Assembly (NCBI GenBank): GCA_963733315.1
Contig: CAVTCV010000023.1
Span: 8,035-72,034 of the forward strand
Origin: an uncultured Alphaproteobacteria bacterium
Lineage (GTDB): Bacteria > Pseudomonadota > Alphaproteobacteria > Rhizobiales > Xanthobacteraceae
Reading direction: 5' to 3'
DNA length: 64,000 nucleotides
Program-made: the position numbers and the translations under genes
The notes under the pieces: generated by a model
What the model was told of the DNA's origin: nothing
What the model saw: the letters and a program-made list of their open reading frames with translations, nothing else
The model's database searches: none
Part shown: one piece after another, positions 40,236 to 50,864 of the stretch
Layout: every line of letters starts with the position of its first letter
Position numbering within the stretch: the stretch's first letter is position 1

Positions 40236-41656
40236 GTGGGCACGATCGAAAGCGTTGCGACCTCGACTACCGCGTTTGTCGGCCAGGCGAAGCGTGGGCC
40301 CGTGAACGAGCCTACGCGCGTCCAAAATTTCATCGAGTTCGAACGCAACTTCGGCGGCCTCTGGAGCGACAGTTCGCTTAGCTATGCGGTTGCGCAATTC
40401 TTCCAGAACGGCGGCAGCGACGCGTTCATCATGCGGATCTGCGGCGCCGGCGCCGCGGTGGCGCATGCCACGGTCGGCGGCTTGTCCTTGCGGGCGGCCG
40501 ATCCTGGTGAATGGGGCAACAGCCTGGAAGCCGCAGTCGATCTTGCCGCCGGGGGAGGCGAGAGCTTCAATCTGTCGATCAAAGATACGGCTACGGTGCC
40601 GTCGAAAGATTTCTCCATCTGTCGATGAACGCGAACGATGCCCGTTTCGTGACGACCATGCTGGAGAAAGACTCGAGCCTCGTCCGCGTGGACGCTGCCA
40701 CAGCGCTGCCGTCGAAGCCGACAGCCGATACTCGTTCGTTGAGCAGCGGCGCCGACGGAGCGGCGATTTTCGACAACGACATTTCGGACCCCGCGCTCAC
40801 CCAGCAGAAGCAGGGCCTGTGGGCGCTCGACAAGGCCGACTTGTTCAACCTGCTCTGCATCCCACCGCTGCTCCCAGCCGACGAGATCGGCCGGCAGACG
40901 CGCGAGGCGGCGGCAAATTACTGCAAGACGCGCCGTGCCTTGTTGATCGTCGATCCGCCGGCCGGTTGGACGTCGCCCGGCGCGGCGATATCCGGTGTCG
41001 ACACGCTGATGGAGAGGACGGCCGATGCCGCAGTGTACTTTCCGGGCCTGCGCGCAGCCGATCCGCTGAAAGGCGGGGCGATCGCCGACCTCGCGCCGTG
41101 CGGCGCCGTCGCCGGCTTCATGGCCCGCACCGATGCGGCGCGCGGCGTCTGGAAAGCGCCGGCGGGAAACGGCGCGTCGCTTGCGGGCGTTACCGGGCTT
41201 TCGGTCAATCTGGCCAACGCCGACAATGAGCAACTCAATCCACTGGGCGTCAATTGTCTGCGCGTCTTCCCGGTCTATGGCTGTGTCGTGTGGGGCGCGC
41301 GCACCCTGAGCCGCGACGATCAAGACAGATATATCCCCGTCCGCCGGCTGTCTTTGTTCATCGAGGAAAGCCTTTATCGCGGCACACGGTGGGCGGTATT
41401 CGAGCCGAACGCCGAACCCCTCTGGGCGCAGCTTCGAACCGACGTCGGCGGCTTCCTCTACAACCTCTTCCGCCAGGGCGCGCTCGCGGGAACCACGACG
41501 CGCGAGGCCTATTTCGTGAGATGCGACAGCACCACGACGACCCAGAGCGATATCGGCCAAGGCATCGTGAACATCGTTGTCGGCTTCGCGCCGCTCAAAC
41601 CCACCGAGTTCGTGGTCATCAAGATTAGCCATATGATCGGTCAGACGACCGGCTGA
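40236..41656 (+). CDS. Contractile tail sheath protein (phage/eCIS-type), orphan, frameshift near 40595
   Basis: TAFVG..RGP, FFQNGG, NLLCIP, RTDAARGVWKAPAG, LNPLGVNCLR, VWGARTL, YIPVRR, WAVFEPN, GFAPLKPTEFV. Confidence 0.92.
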
Positions 41657-41682
41657 GGATGTTTGCCGGCACAAACCGGCGT

Positions 41683-42540
41683 CTAATCCTTCACCACCGG
41701 CAGATCGGGCCGGCCGCCCCATTCGGCCCAGGAGCCGTCGTAGATGCGGGGCAGCGGCTTGCCGAGCGCGTCGAGGCCGAGCGCCAGCACCACGGCGGTG
41801 ACGCCGGAGCCGCAGGTGGTGATCGCCGGCTTGTCGAGATCGACGCCGGCTTTGGCAAACGCTTGTGCGATCTTCTCCTTCGAGGCGAGGCGGCCGTTCT
41901 CCAGAATGTCGGCGAAGGGCACGTTGAGCGCGCCGGGCATGTGGCCGGGGCGCAGACCGGGGCGCGGATCGGGCGCGCTGCCAGCGAAACGGTCGGCCGC
42001 GCGCGCGTCGATCACCTGCGCGCTGCCTTCGTTGAGCGCGACCGTCACGTCGGAAACCAAGGCCACCGCGCCGGTGTCCATCGCCGCCTTGAAGGTGCGC
42101 GGCGGACGCTTGACCTCGTTGGCTTCGAGCGGGCGGCCTTCCGCCTTCCAGGCCGGCAAGCCGCCGTCGAGGATGAACGCATTCTTGGCGCCGAAGATAC
42201 GGAAGGTCCACCACACGCGCGGCGCCGAATAAAGGCCGGTGGCGTCATAGACGACGATGGTGTCGGTGTCGGCGATGCCGAGCTTGCCGACCGCCGCGGC
42301 GAACTGATCCGGCCCGGGCAGCATGTGCGGCAAATCGGTTGACTGGTCGGCGATGGCGTTGAGGTCGAAGAACACCGCGCCGGGAATATGCGCGGCGAGA
42401 TATTCCGCCTTCGGATCGCGCTTCTGCGTCGGCAGATAATAGGAGGCGTCGACCACGACGACATTCGGCTTGCCCAATTCGCCGGCGAGCCATTCGGTGG
42501 TCTTGAGCCAGCGGCTCGCGGAGGCTTTGGACAAGCTCAT
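41683..42540 (-). CDS. sseA: 3-mercaptopyruvate sulfurtransferase
   Basis: [20 protein letters not shown] active site, YDGSWAEW. Confidence 0.94.
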   Translation of the reverse strand: MSLSKASASRWLKTTEWLAGELGKPNVVVVDASYYLPTQKRDPKAEYLAAHIPGAVFFDLNAIADQSTDLPHMLPGPDQFAAAVGKLGIADTDTIVVYDATGLYSAPRVWWTFRIFGAKNAFILDGGLPAWKAEGRPLEANEVKRPPRTFKAAMDTGAVALVSDVTVALNEGSAQVIDARAADRFAGSAPDPRPGLRPGHMPGALNVPFADILENGRLASKEKIAQAFAKAGVDLDKPAITTCGSGVTAVVLALGLDALGKPLPRIYDGSWAEWGGRPDLPVVKD

Positions 42541-42555
42541 GGCTATGTTTCCTTC

Positions 42556-43272
42556 CTATACCAACGCAAGACGGACGCGCCGGTTCAGTTTGCCCTTCTT
42601 CTCAATCTGCGTCACCCGCACCGCGCCGATTTCCCTGGTGGCGCGCACGTGGGTGCCGCCGCAGGGCTGCAGATCGAGGCCGGCAATCTCGATCAGCCGC
42701 ACCCGGCCGGTGCCCATCGGCGGCTTCACCGACATGGTCTTGACCAGGCCGGAATTGGCTTCGAGCTCGGCGTCGCTGATCCAGCGGCTGGTGACCGCGG
42801 CATCGGTCGCGATCATTTCGTTGACCTTCGCGGTGATCGCGTTCTTGTCGAGGCCGGCTTCGGGAATGTCGAAGTCGAGCCGGCTCTCGCTGTCGCCGAC
42901 CGAGCCGCCGGTCACCGCATAAGGCAGCACGGCGGACAAAAGATGCAGCGCGGTGTGCATGCGCATGCGGGCATAGCGCTTGTCCCAATCGATCGCCGCG
43001 GTGACCGTATCGCCGGCCTTGAGGGCAGGGGCGCCCGGCGCGGGAATGTGCGCGATCTCGCTTTTCGCGGCGTCGGTGTAGACGGCGTTATCGATGGCGA
43101 TGCGCGTGCCGTCCGCGGTCGTGAATGCGCCGGTGTCGCCGGGCTGGCCGCCGGAATTCGCGTAGAACACCGTGCGGTCGAGCACGATGCCGCCTTGCTC
43201 GGTCAACGCGACGACCCGCGCCTCGCATTGCTGCAGATAGGAATCGTCGCGGAACAGGCAGTCGGTCGGCAT
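42556..43272 (-). CDS. Alanyl-tRNA editing protein (AlaX)
   Basis: FYANSGGQPGD, MRMHTALHLL, QPCGGTH. Confidence 0.92.
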   Translation of the reverse strand: MPTDCLFRDDSYLQQCEARVVALTEQGGIVLDRTVFYANSGGQPGDTGAFTTADGTRIAIDNAVYTDAAKSEIAHIPAPGAPALKAGDTVTAAIDWDKRYARMRMHTALHLLSAVLPYAVTGGSVGDSESRLDFDIPEAGLDKNAITAKVNEMIATDAAVTSRWISDAELEANSGLVKTMSVKPPMGTGRVRLIEIAGLDLQPCGGTHVRATREIGAVRVTQIEKKGKLNRRVRLALV

Positions 43273-43321
43273 GGCTCTTCTATGCCATGCCTGCGACCGC
43301 AGCGAAATCCCGCTCGTGCGA

Positions 43322-43711
43322 TCAGGCGTTTTTCACGGCCTCTGGATTGCCGCCTTTGGAGAAGTTGAGCACTTCCTGGAACAGGGTGATGGCGCCTTTG
43401 CTGCCGCCGGCAATCGTTGCAGCTGTCACAAACGTGCCAATACTGAAGAGTGCAAACTTCGACGGGTCCTGCTTGCCGATGGTCAAGAGGATGTCGAGCT
43501 TCATGTACGCGCAAATCAAGTAGGAAGCGAGCAATGAGAGCGGCGCCCGCAGGTTTTTCCTGGCAAGCCAAACGTCCCATGCGCCCCATTCGAATATAAC
43601 GGATAGCGCGCGTTCAAGAACCATGGCCAATACAACAACGAGGCCGAGGGCGCCCGCGACGCCTTGCACCCAGTCGGTGTTAAAAGCCTGAATGGCCATA
43701 ACCGCCCCCAA
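43322..43711 (-). CDS. Small membrane protein, low GC
   Basis: 129 aa, 3 hydrophobic segments (VLAMVLERAL, TAATIAGGSKG); AT-rich upstream region. Confidence 0.6.
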   Translation of the reverse strand: MGAVMAIQAFNTDWVQGVAGALGLVVVLAMVLERALSVIFEWGAWDVWLARKNLRAPLSLLASYLICAYMKLDILLTIGKQDPSKFALFSIGTFVTAATIAGGSKGAITLFQEVLNFSKGGNPEAVKNA

Positions 43712-43780
43712 TGAAGATCGTATTTCAAGATGTATATATTGTAGTATACACGTAATAGTTGTTAGGTGACAAGTAGGTGT

Positions 43781-44821
43781 TCAGGTCTTCACGAACGGTG
43801 GTTTGATGTCCGCCTTGCGCTCCAGCCAGTCGGGCACCGGCAGTTTCTTCGAGCGCAGGAAGCTGGGGTTGAACAGCTTGGATTGATAGCGCGTGCCGTA
43901 GTCGGCGAGCACGGTAACGATGGTGTGGCCGGGGCCGAGTTCCTTCGCCAGGCGAATGGCGCCGGCGACGTTGATGCCCGACGAGCCGCCGACGCACAGC
44001 CCTTCGTGGTGCAGGAGATCGAAGATGATCGGCAGCGCCTCCTCGTCGGGAATGAGATAGGCCTTGTCGACGATCATCTGCTTGACGATTGCCGTCACCC
44101 GTCCGAGCCCGATGCCTTCGGTGATCGAGCCGCCTTCGGTCGATTTCGCTTCGCCGTCCTTGAACAGATGATACATCGCCGCGCCGCGCGGATCGGCGAC
44201 GGCGGTCACGATGTCCTTGTTCTTCTCCTTGAGATAGCGCGAGACGCCGGCGAGCGTGCCGCCCGAGCCGACCGCGCAGACGAAGCCGTCGATCTTGCCG
44301 CCGGTGTCCGCCCAGATTTCCGGCGCCGTCGAAACGTAATGCGCCTTGCTGTTGTCGAGGTTGTTCCACTGGTCGGCGAAGATGCAACCGTTCTTCTCGG
44401 TCTTCTTCAGCTCCTCGGCGAGCCGGCGGCCGATGTGCTGATAATTGTTCGGATTGCTGAAAGGAAGCGCCGGCACTTCGACCAGTTCGGCGCCGAACAG
44501 GCGCAGCGCGTCCTTCTTCTCCTCGCTCTGCGTCTGCGGAATGACGATGAGCGTGCGATAGCCGCGCGCATTGGCGACCAGCGCAAGCCCGATGCCGGTG
44601 TTGCCGGCGGTCGCCTCGACGACCAAGCCGCCGGGGCGCAATTCGCCGCGAGCTTCGGCTTCCAGGATCATCTGCCGGCCGGCGCGATCCTTCACCGAAC
44701 CGCCCGGATTCATGAACTCGGCCTTGCCGAGAATGGTGCAGCCGGTCGCTTCCGACGCGCGCTTGAGCTTGATCAGCGGGGTATGGCCGATTGCGTCAAC
44801 GATGCCGTCGCGGATCTGCAT
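43781..44821 (-). CDS. cysK: Cysteine synthase A
   Basis: NPGGSVKDR PLP lysine, TAGNTG, GSGGTLAG, EGIG. Confidence 0.92.
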   Translation of the reverse strand: MQIRDGIVDAIGHTPLIKLKRASEATGCTILGKAEFMNPGGSVKDRAGRQMILEAEARGELRPGGLVVEATAGNTGIGLALVANARGYRTLIVIPQTQSEEKKDALRLFGAELVEVPALPFSNPNNYQHIGRRLAEELKKTEKNGCIFADQWNNLDNSKAHYVSTAPEIWADTGGKIDGFVCAVGSGGTLAGVSRYLKEKNKDIVTAVADPRGAAMYHLFKDGEAKSTEGGSITEGIGLGRVTAIVKQMIVDKAYLIPDEEALPIIFDLLHHEGLCVGGSSGINVAGAIRLAKELGPGHTIVTVLADYGTRYQSKLFNPSFLRSKKLPVPDWLERKADIKPPFVKT

Positions 44822-45121
44822 GCCGGGGTCCGGGTGGGATGAAACCTTGAAGGAAACCTAGTGGACCCCTCCGGGGGCGACAAGACCATGGTTAATTCGG
44901 TTTCGGGCGGCGCGTTCGGCCGGTCTGGCGCGAAACCGATGCCGCGCCGCCGATCAACTCAATTGCCGCACATTTAGGAAACGACCTTGAAACCATATCG
45001 GCGCATTCGCCGATGGTAATTGGCCACGTTCACCACTTTTTACCGGCGGCGGTCTAAGCGTGACGGCAAGCAAAACAACAAGAAAAGCGGGCTGCGGGCG
45101 TAGATCGGGCGGGATCCTTCG

Positions 45122-46372
45122 ATGCACCTCGACGTCAATACCCTCTTCATGGTGACGATCTATGTGGAGGCTATCCTCGGTCTGTTGCTGCTGTTCGCAT
45201 GGGTGCAGAACACAGCGATCCGCGCCGTTGCCTGGTGGGGCTTCGCTCATCTCGTGCGCGCCGCGTCGATCGTGCTGTTCGGCATGTACGGGTCGGTGCC
45301 CGATCTGATCAGCATCGATCTCGCCAACGCGCTGCTGTTCACCTCGTTTGCAGTGACGTGGACCGGTGCGCGCGTGTTCGACGGCCGGCCGGCGGAGCCG
45401 GTCTATTTGGTGACCGGCGCGGTGCTCTGGCTGCTGATCTGCCGCCTGCCGGTGCTTGCCGAGGCCATCGACATGCGGTCGCTGATCTCGACCGGCATCA
45501 TCACGACCTATACCTGGCTCACGGCTTATGAATTCTGGCGCGGCCGCAGCGAACCGCTGGTGTCGCGCTGGCCGGCGATCTTCATGCTGTTCGCGCACGG
45601 CTCGTTGTTTCTGCTGCGCACGCCGTTGATCGCGGTGCTGCCGTCGTCGATCGCCAACCACGTCTATGGCAGCGTCTGGCTGACTGTGCTGTCGTTCGAA
45701 GCGCTGCTGTTCACCATCTCGATCGCCTTCATCCTGCTGGCCATGGCGAAGGAGCGCACCGAACTGCGCCACCGCACTGCCGCCATGGTCGATCCGCTCA
45801 CCGGCATCGCCAACCGCCGCTCGTTCATGCAGGACGCCGCGCAGCTTGCCAAGCGCCACGGCGTCAATCCGCGTCCGACCGCCGTCCTGTTGATCGATCT
45901 CGACCACTTCAAGTCGATCAACGACCGCTTCGGCCACGCGCTCGGCGATCGTGCGCTGGAATTGTTCGCCCTCACGGCGCGTCATTCGGTGCGCTCGACC
46001 GACCTGTTCGGGCGTCTCGGCGGCGAGGAGTTTGCCGCAATCCTCGCCGACACCAGCCGCGACAAAGCGGTGGCGGTGGCCGAGCGCATTCGCGCGAGCT
46101 TTGCGCAGGCGGCGCTGGAGGTCGACAACCGGCCGGTCGGCGCGACGGTGAGCATCGGCGTGGTGTTTTGCCAGGAGCCTTTGCTCGACGTGCACGAACT
46201 GCTGGCGCAGGCCGATCAGGCGCTCTATTACGCCAAGGAAAACGGGCGCAACCGGGTCGAGGTCGCGACCCTCGATATGGTGCTCAAGCGCAAGGCGCAA
46301 AATGTCTCCGCCGCCGCTAGCGCCGCGGTGGCAGTGGCAGAGGAGCCGGTCGCGGCCAAAAGCGCCGCTTGA
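45122..46372 (+). CDS. Membrane-bound diguanylate cyclase
   Basis: TM N-terminus; DPLTG, DLDHFKSINDRFGH, GGEEF. Confidence 0.92.
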   Translation: MHLDVNTLFMVTIYVEAILGLLLLFAWVQNTAIRAVAWWGFAHLVRAASIVLFGMYGSVPDLISIDLANALLFTSFAVTWTGARVFDGRPAEPVYLVTGAVLWLLICRLPVLAEAIDMRSLISTGIITTYTWLTAYEFWRGRSEPLVSRWPAIFMLFAHGSLFLLRTPLIAVLPSSIANHVYGSVWLTVLSFEALLFTISIAFILLAMAKERTELRHRTAAMVDPLTGIANRRSFMQDAAQLAKRHGVNPRPTAVLLIDLDHFKSINDRFGHALGDRALELFALTARHSVRSTDLFGRLGGEEFAAILADTSRDKAVAVAERIRASFAQAALEVDNRPVGATVSIGVVFCQEPLLDVHELLAQADQALYYAKENGRNRVEVATLDMVLKRKAQNVSAAASAAVAVAEEPVAAKSAA

Positions 46373-46492
46373 AGCGCGCGCGATTACCGCTTAACCGTTG
46401 AATCGAACTGAGGCTGTCATTGGGGTGCTGCCCACGGCGGTTCAATTCGCCCATGCATTGCCTTTGCCGCGCCGCGCGGGCATAGCGATGCC

Positions 46493-47662
46493 ATGAAGCG
46501 CAGCACCGACCGCATTCTCACCACCCATGTCGGCAGCCTGATCCGGCCGCCGGCATTGCAGGAATTCCTGCGCGCCAAGCAGGCGGGCAAGCCGTACCAT
46601 ACGCAGGCCTATGAGACGTGTCTGAGCGAGAGCGTCGCCGGCGTCGTGCGCGAGCAGGCGGAGGCCGGCATCGACGTCATCAGCGACGGCGAGTTCGGCA
46701 AATCGATCAGCTGGTCGCAATATGCATTGGAGCGTTTGAGCGGCTTCGAGCGGCGGCCGATCAAGCGTGATGCCGCCAATCCGTTCAAGCGCGGCGCTGA
46801 CCGCGAACAGTTCCCGGAATTCTACGCCGAACTCGACGCGCGCGAAGGCGTTGCCACTACGACGGAAGCGATTTGCGTCGGCCCGATCAGGTACACTGGG
46901 CAGGCGGAGCTGCAGCGCGACATCGACAACTTCAAGGCGGCGCTCAAAGGCGTGCAAGTCGAAGAGGCCTTCCTGCCGGTGGCGGCGCCGGCGAGCGTGA
47001 TCCCCGATCGCAAGAACGAATTCTACAAAAGCGACGAGGATTTGCAGGCGGCGATCGCCGATGCCATGCGTACCGAATACAAGATGATTATCGACGCCGG
47101 CTTCCTGGTGCAGCTCGACGATGCGCGCAATGCGGTCACCTACGACCGCATGGTGCCGCCGGCGACGTTCGCCGACTACCGGCACTGGCTTGGCGCTCAA
47201 GTCGACGTCATCAACCACGCCATCGAAGGGCTGCCCGCCGACCGCATCCGCTATCACGTGTGTTGGGGCTCGTGGCCGGGGCCGCATGTCAGCGACGTGC
47301 CGCTGAAGGATATCGTCGGCCTGATCCTGAAAGTGAAAGCCGGCGCCTACGTGATCGAGGGCGCCAATCCGCGTCACGAGCACGAATGGAAGGTGTGGAA
47401 GGACGTCAGGCTGGCGCCCGGCCAGGTGCTCATCCCCGGCGTCATCAGCCACGCCACCAACGTGGTGGAACATCCCGAACTGGTGGCTGAGCGCATCGTG
47501 CGCATTGCCAAGTTCGTCGGGCGCGAGAACGTCATCGCCGGCACCGATTGCGGTTTCGCGCAGGGGCCGTTCCACCGCCGCGTGCACCCGTCGATCATGT
47601 GGGCGAAATTGCAGGCGCTCGCCGAAGGCGCCCGGCTTGCGAGCAGGGAACTCTGGTCTTAA
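46493..47662 (+). CDS. Cobalamin-independent methionine synthase II family protein
   Basis: TTHVGSL, SDGEFGK, HVCWG, TDCGF. Confidence 0.88.
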   Translation: MKRSTDRILTTHVGSLIRPPALQEFLRAKQAGKPYHTQAYETCLSESVAGVVREQAEAGIDVISDGEFGKSISWSQYALERLSGFERRPIKRDAANPFKRGADREQFPEFYAELDAREGVATTTEAICVGPIRYTGQAELQRDIDNFKAALKGVQVEEAFLPVAAPASVIPDRKNEFYKSDEDLQAAIADAMRTEYKMIIDAGFLVQLDDARNAVTYDRMVPPATFADYRHWLGAQVDVINHAIEGLPADRIRYHVCWGSWPGPHVSDVPLKDIVGLILKVKAGAYVIEGANPRHEHEWKVWKDVRLAPGQVLIPGVISHATNVVEHPELVAERIVRIAKFVGRENVIAGTDCGFAQGPFHRRVHPSIMWAKLQALAEGARLASRELWS

Positions 47663-47708
47663 CCTGTTTGTTGACCGGCCGAAGAAACCGGCGATCAGGG
47701 AGCAAGCC

Positions 47709-48896
47709 ATGAACGTCAGCGCCCAGCCGCAAAGCGGCCTCGCTATTCCGTTCGATCACACGCGTCTCGACCGTCTGATGGACGCGGCCGGCATCGACCT
47801 CTTGCTGGCGACCTCCAAGCACAACGTGCAGTATCTGCTCGGCGGCCACCGCGCCAATTTCTTCGATTACATGGATGCGACCGGCGTCACCCGTTATCTG
47901 CCGGTGTTCGTCTATCCCAAGGGCGCGCCGGAAAAGGCCGCCTATATCGGCCATCGCCTGGAGACCTTCCAGCATCAGGCCAAGCCTTTGTGGACGCCGG
48001 AGACGATGACCAACGCGAACGGGTCGGTCGAGGCCATGCAGAAGGCGATGGACTACGTCCGCAAGGCCGGCCTTAAGCCCAAGCGCATCGCCACTGAATT
48101 CGGCTTCCTACCTTATGACGCCTCCAAGGTGCTGCGCGCCGCGTTCCCCGATGCCGACTGGGTCGACGCGCTCTATGTGATGGAGCGCCAGCGCCTGAAG
48201 AAATCGGCGGCCGAGCTCAAGATGCTGAAAACGGCCTCGGAAGCCGTGATCGAGGCGATGCTGGCGACGATTGCCAAGACGCCGCCGGGTACGACCAAGG
48301 CCGACGTGGTCGAAACGCTGCGGCGCGAAGAGACGCTGCGCGGCCTCACCTTCGAATATTGCCTGATCACCGCCGGCACCAGCATGAATCGCGCGCCCTC
48401 CGACCAGAAATGGGAGAAGGGCGACATCATGTCGATCGATTCAGGCGGCAACTATCACGGTTACATCGGCGACGTCTGCCGCATGGCGATCCAGGGCGAA
48501 CCTGACGCCGAACTCAACGATTTGCTGGCGGAGATCGAGGGTATCCAGCGCGCGGCCTTCAAGGCCACACGGCCGGGCGCGCTGGGGCGCGAGATCTATG
48601 CCGCCGCCGAACCGCTAGTGATGAAGTCAAAGCACCACAATCAAATCGAGTTCCTGGCGCATGGCATGGGGCTCGTCAGCCATGAGGCGCCGCGGCTCAC
48701 CGACCACGGGCCGGTGCCTTATCCGGCCGACGACGCCAATATTCCGCTGGAAGTCGGTGCCGTGGTGTCGGTCGAGACCACGCTCAAGCATCCTTCGCGC
48801 GGCTTCATCAAGCTTGAGGATACGGTAGTCGTCACCGATACCGGTCACGAGATCTACGGCGAGGGCGCGCGCGGGTGGAATAAAGCGGGCCGATAA
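47709..48896 (+). CDS. Xaa-Pro peptidase (M24) family protein
   Basis: DSGGNYHGYIGD, HGMGLVSHE, KLED. Confidence 0.85.
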   Translation: MNVSAQPQSGLAIPFDHTRLDRLMDAAGIDLLLATSKHNVQYLLGGHRANFFDYMDATGVTRYLPVFVYPKGAPEKAAYIGHRLETFQHQAKPLWTPETMTNANGSVEAMQKAMDYVRKAGLKPKRIATEFGFLPYDASKVLRAAFPDADWVDALYVMERQRLKKSAAELKMLKTASEAVIEAMLATIAKTPPGTTKADVVETLRREETLRGLTFEYCLITAGTSMNRAPSDQKWEKGDIMSIDSGGNYHGYIGDVCRMAIQGEPDAELNDLLAEIEGIQRAAFKATRPGALGREIYAAAEPLVMKSKHHNQIEFLAHGMGLVSHEAPRLTDHGPVPYPADDANIPLEVGAVVSVETTLKHPSRGFIKLEDTVVVTDTGHEIYGEGARGWNKAGR

Positions 48897-48898
48897 CT

Positions 48899-49003
48899 GT
48901 CATTCCGGGGCGCGGCCGAAGGCCGCGAACCTGGAATCCGGACCCAAGCTCGGCGATTGCATCTGGATTCCGGGTCCGCCGCTTTGCGGCGTCCCGGAAT
49001 GAC
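48899..49003. repeat. Structured palindromic element (REP/RPE-like)
   Basis: GTCATTCCGGG...CCCGGAATGAC termini with internal hairpins, between convergent genes. Confidence 0.8.
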
Positions 49004-49014
49004 TTAGAAATTGC

Positions 49015-50353
49015 CTACTTCTTCTTTGCGTCGATCTGCTTGGCGAGCGCGCTGAGCGCATTCGCTACGTTCACCGGATAGTCGAAGCCGCTTTCGAGAC
49101 GCGCCAGCGGGCCGGGCAGGCGGGCGAGATCGCGCGCTGCGCGATCGCGGATTTGCGCCAGCGTCGGCGCCGGCGCGACGCGCTTGCCCGCGCGCATGAC
49201 CGGCACGATGAGCGGCTTCGCCCGGTTGCTCGTCGTTCTCCAGCGACAAAATATCGCCGCGCATGCGGCCGTCGGCATCGTAGGCGCGCCACACCTGCTT
49301 GCGGCCCGGCCAGGTCGCCTTGCCTTCGGACAATTTACGTTTCGGCGTGCCGGCATATTCCTGCAGCTTGTAGGCGCAGTCGAGCGCCGGCACGTCGACC
49401 GAGGCGGCGAGATTGACGCCGATGCCGAAGCCGTCGATCGGCGCCTTCTTCTTCATCATGCCTTGCAGAACGTCCTCGTTGATGCCGCCGCTCACCAGGA
49501 TGATGACGTCTTTCAGTCCGCCGTCGTCGAGGATCGAGCGCACCTTGCGCGCCATCACCGTGAGGTCGCCCGAGTCGATGCGCACGCCGCGGATGGCGAT
49601 GCCGTCGGCCTTAAGCCGCGGCGCGAGCTCGACCACTTTGCGCGCGCCGGCTTCCGTATCGTAGGTGTCGATCAGCAGGATGACGCCTTGCGGCCGCGCG
49701 CGGGCGAAATTCTCGAACGCTGTCATCTCGTCGTCGTGCACCTGCACGTAGGAATGCGCCATGGTGCCGACGATCGGTACGCCGTAGCGCTCGCCGGCGC
49801 GCACATTGGCGGCGCCGGCAAAGCCGGCGAGGTAGCTCGCGCGCGCCGAGTAAAGCCCGGCTTCGGCGCCGTGCGCCGTGCGCAGGCCGAAGTCAGAGAG
49901 GATCTTGCCCGGCGCCGCCAGCACCATGCGCGCGGCTTTCGAGGCGATCAGCGTCTGGAAATGCAGGATGTTGATCAGCCGCAATTCGACCAGTTGCGCC
50001 TGCGGCAGCGGCGCGGTGATGCGGATCAGCGGCTCGTTGGGGAAACAGACGCTGCCTTCGGGGATCGCGTGCACGTCGCCGGTGAAGCGGAACGCTTTTA
50101 GATAATCGAGCAGATTGTCGCGAAATCGCCCGGTGCTCTTGAGCCAGGCGATCTCGGCGTCGGAAAAACGCAACGTCTCCAGATAATCGAGCGCATCCTC
50201 GAGCCCGGCGGCGATGAGGAAGCCGCGCCGCGGCGGCAGCCGGCGCACGAAGAATTCGAACACCGCCTCCTTGTCCTCAGCCCGATCCAGATAGGCCTGG
50301 ATCATGTTGAGTTCGTAGAGGTCGGTGGTGAGGGGACTGGCGACGGGCGTCAT
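49015..50353 (-). CDS. pncB: Nicotinate phosphoribosyltransferase (frameshift near 49220)
   Basis: TDLYELNM, DFGLR, GTMAHS, LIDTYD, RIDSGD, AYKL. Confidence 0.92.
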
Positions 50354-50397
50354 GGCCTCTCGCAAGCGCGGACGAAGGACGATCGTGCGGTGAAGAA

Positions 50398-50472
50398 TGG
50401 CTCCTCGGGCTGGGATCGAACCAGCGACATTTCGATTAACAGTCGAACGCTCTACCGCTGAGCTACCGAGGA
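50398..50472 (-). tRNA. tRNA-Asn(GTT)
   Basis: TCCTCGGTAGCTCAG...TTCGA-CTGTTAA-TCGAA...GAGGAGCCA. Confidence 0.95.
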
Positions 50473-50630
50473 ACAAGCCGGTTTTTACGCAACGGGCCTA
50501 TAACAAAGCCGCCATTGCTTTGCAAAGTGTGAATGACGCAGGCCGTCCTGCGACCGTCCACCGCCGTAAATGCTATGGCGGATACCACCCTTTTGCAGGC
50601 CTCGCCCGGCGAAGCATGAGCAAAGGCGGC

Positions 50631-50704
50631 TGGAGGCCACGGCCGGAATCGAACCGGCGTGCACGGATTTGCAGTCCGCTGCGTAACCACTCCGCCACGT
50701 GGCC
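50631..50704 (-). tRNA. tRNA-Cys(GCA)
   Basis: GGCCACGTGGCGGAGTGG...GCGGA-CTGCAAA-TCCGT...GGCCTCCA. Confidence 0.96.
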
Positions 50705-50864
50705 ATCGGAAGGCGCAGCCCACGCATGCGCAGGCCGCGCGATTCCCCAGAAAGCAAGCCTATATAGGAGCTTGCGCCCAACGACAACGCCGCCGTCTCG
50801 CTTGCCTTTTGCCAAGGCTTGCCGCAGAAAAGCCGCGCATTCTTCAGCTGTCGCCGAGGATTCC

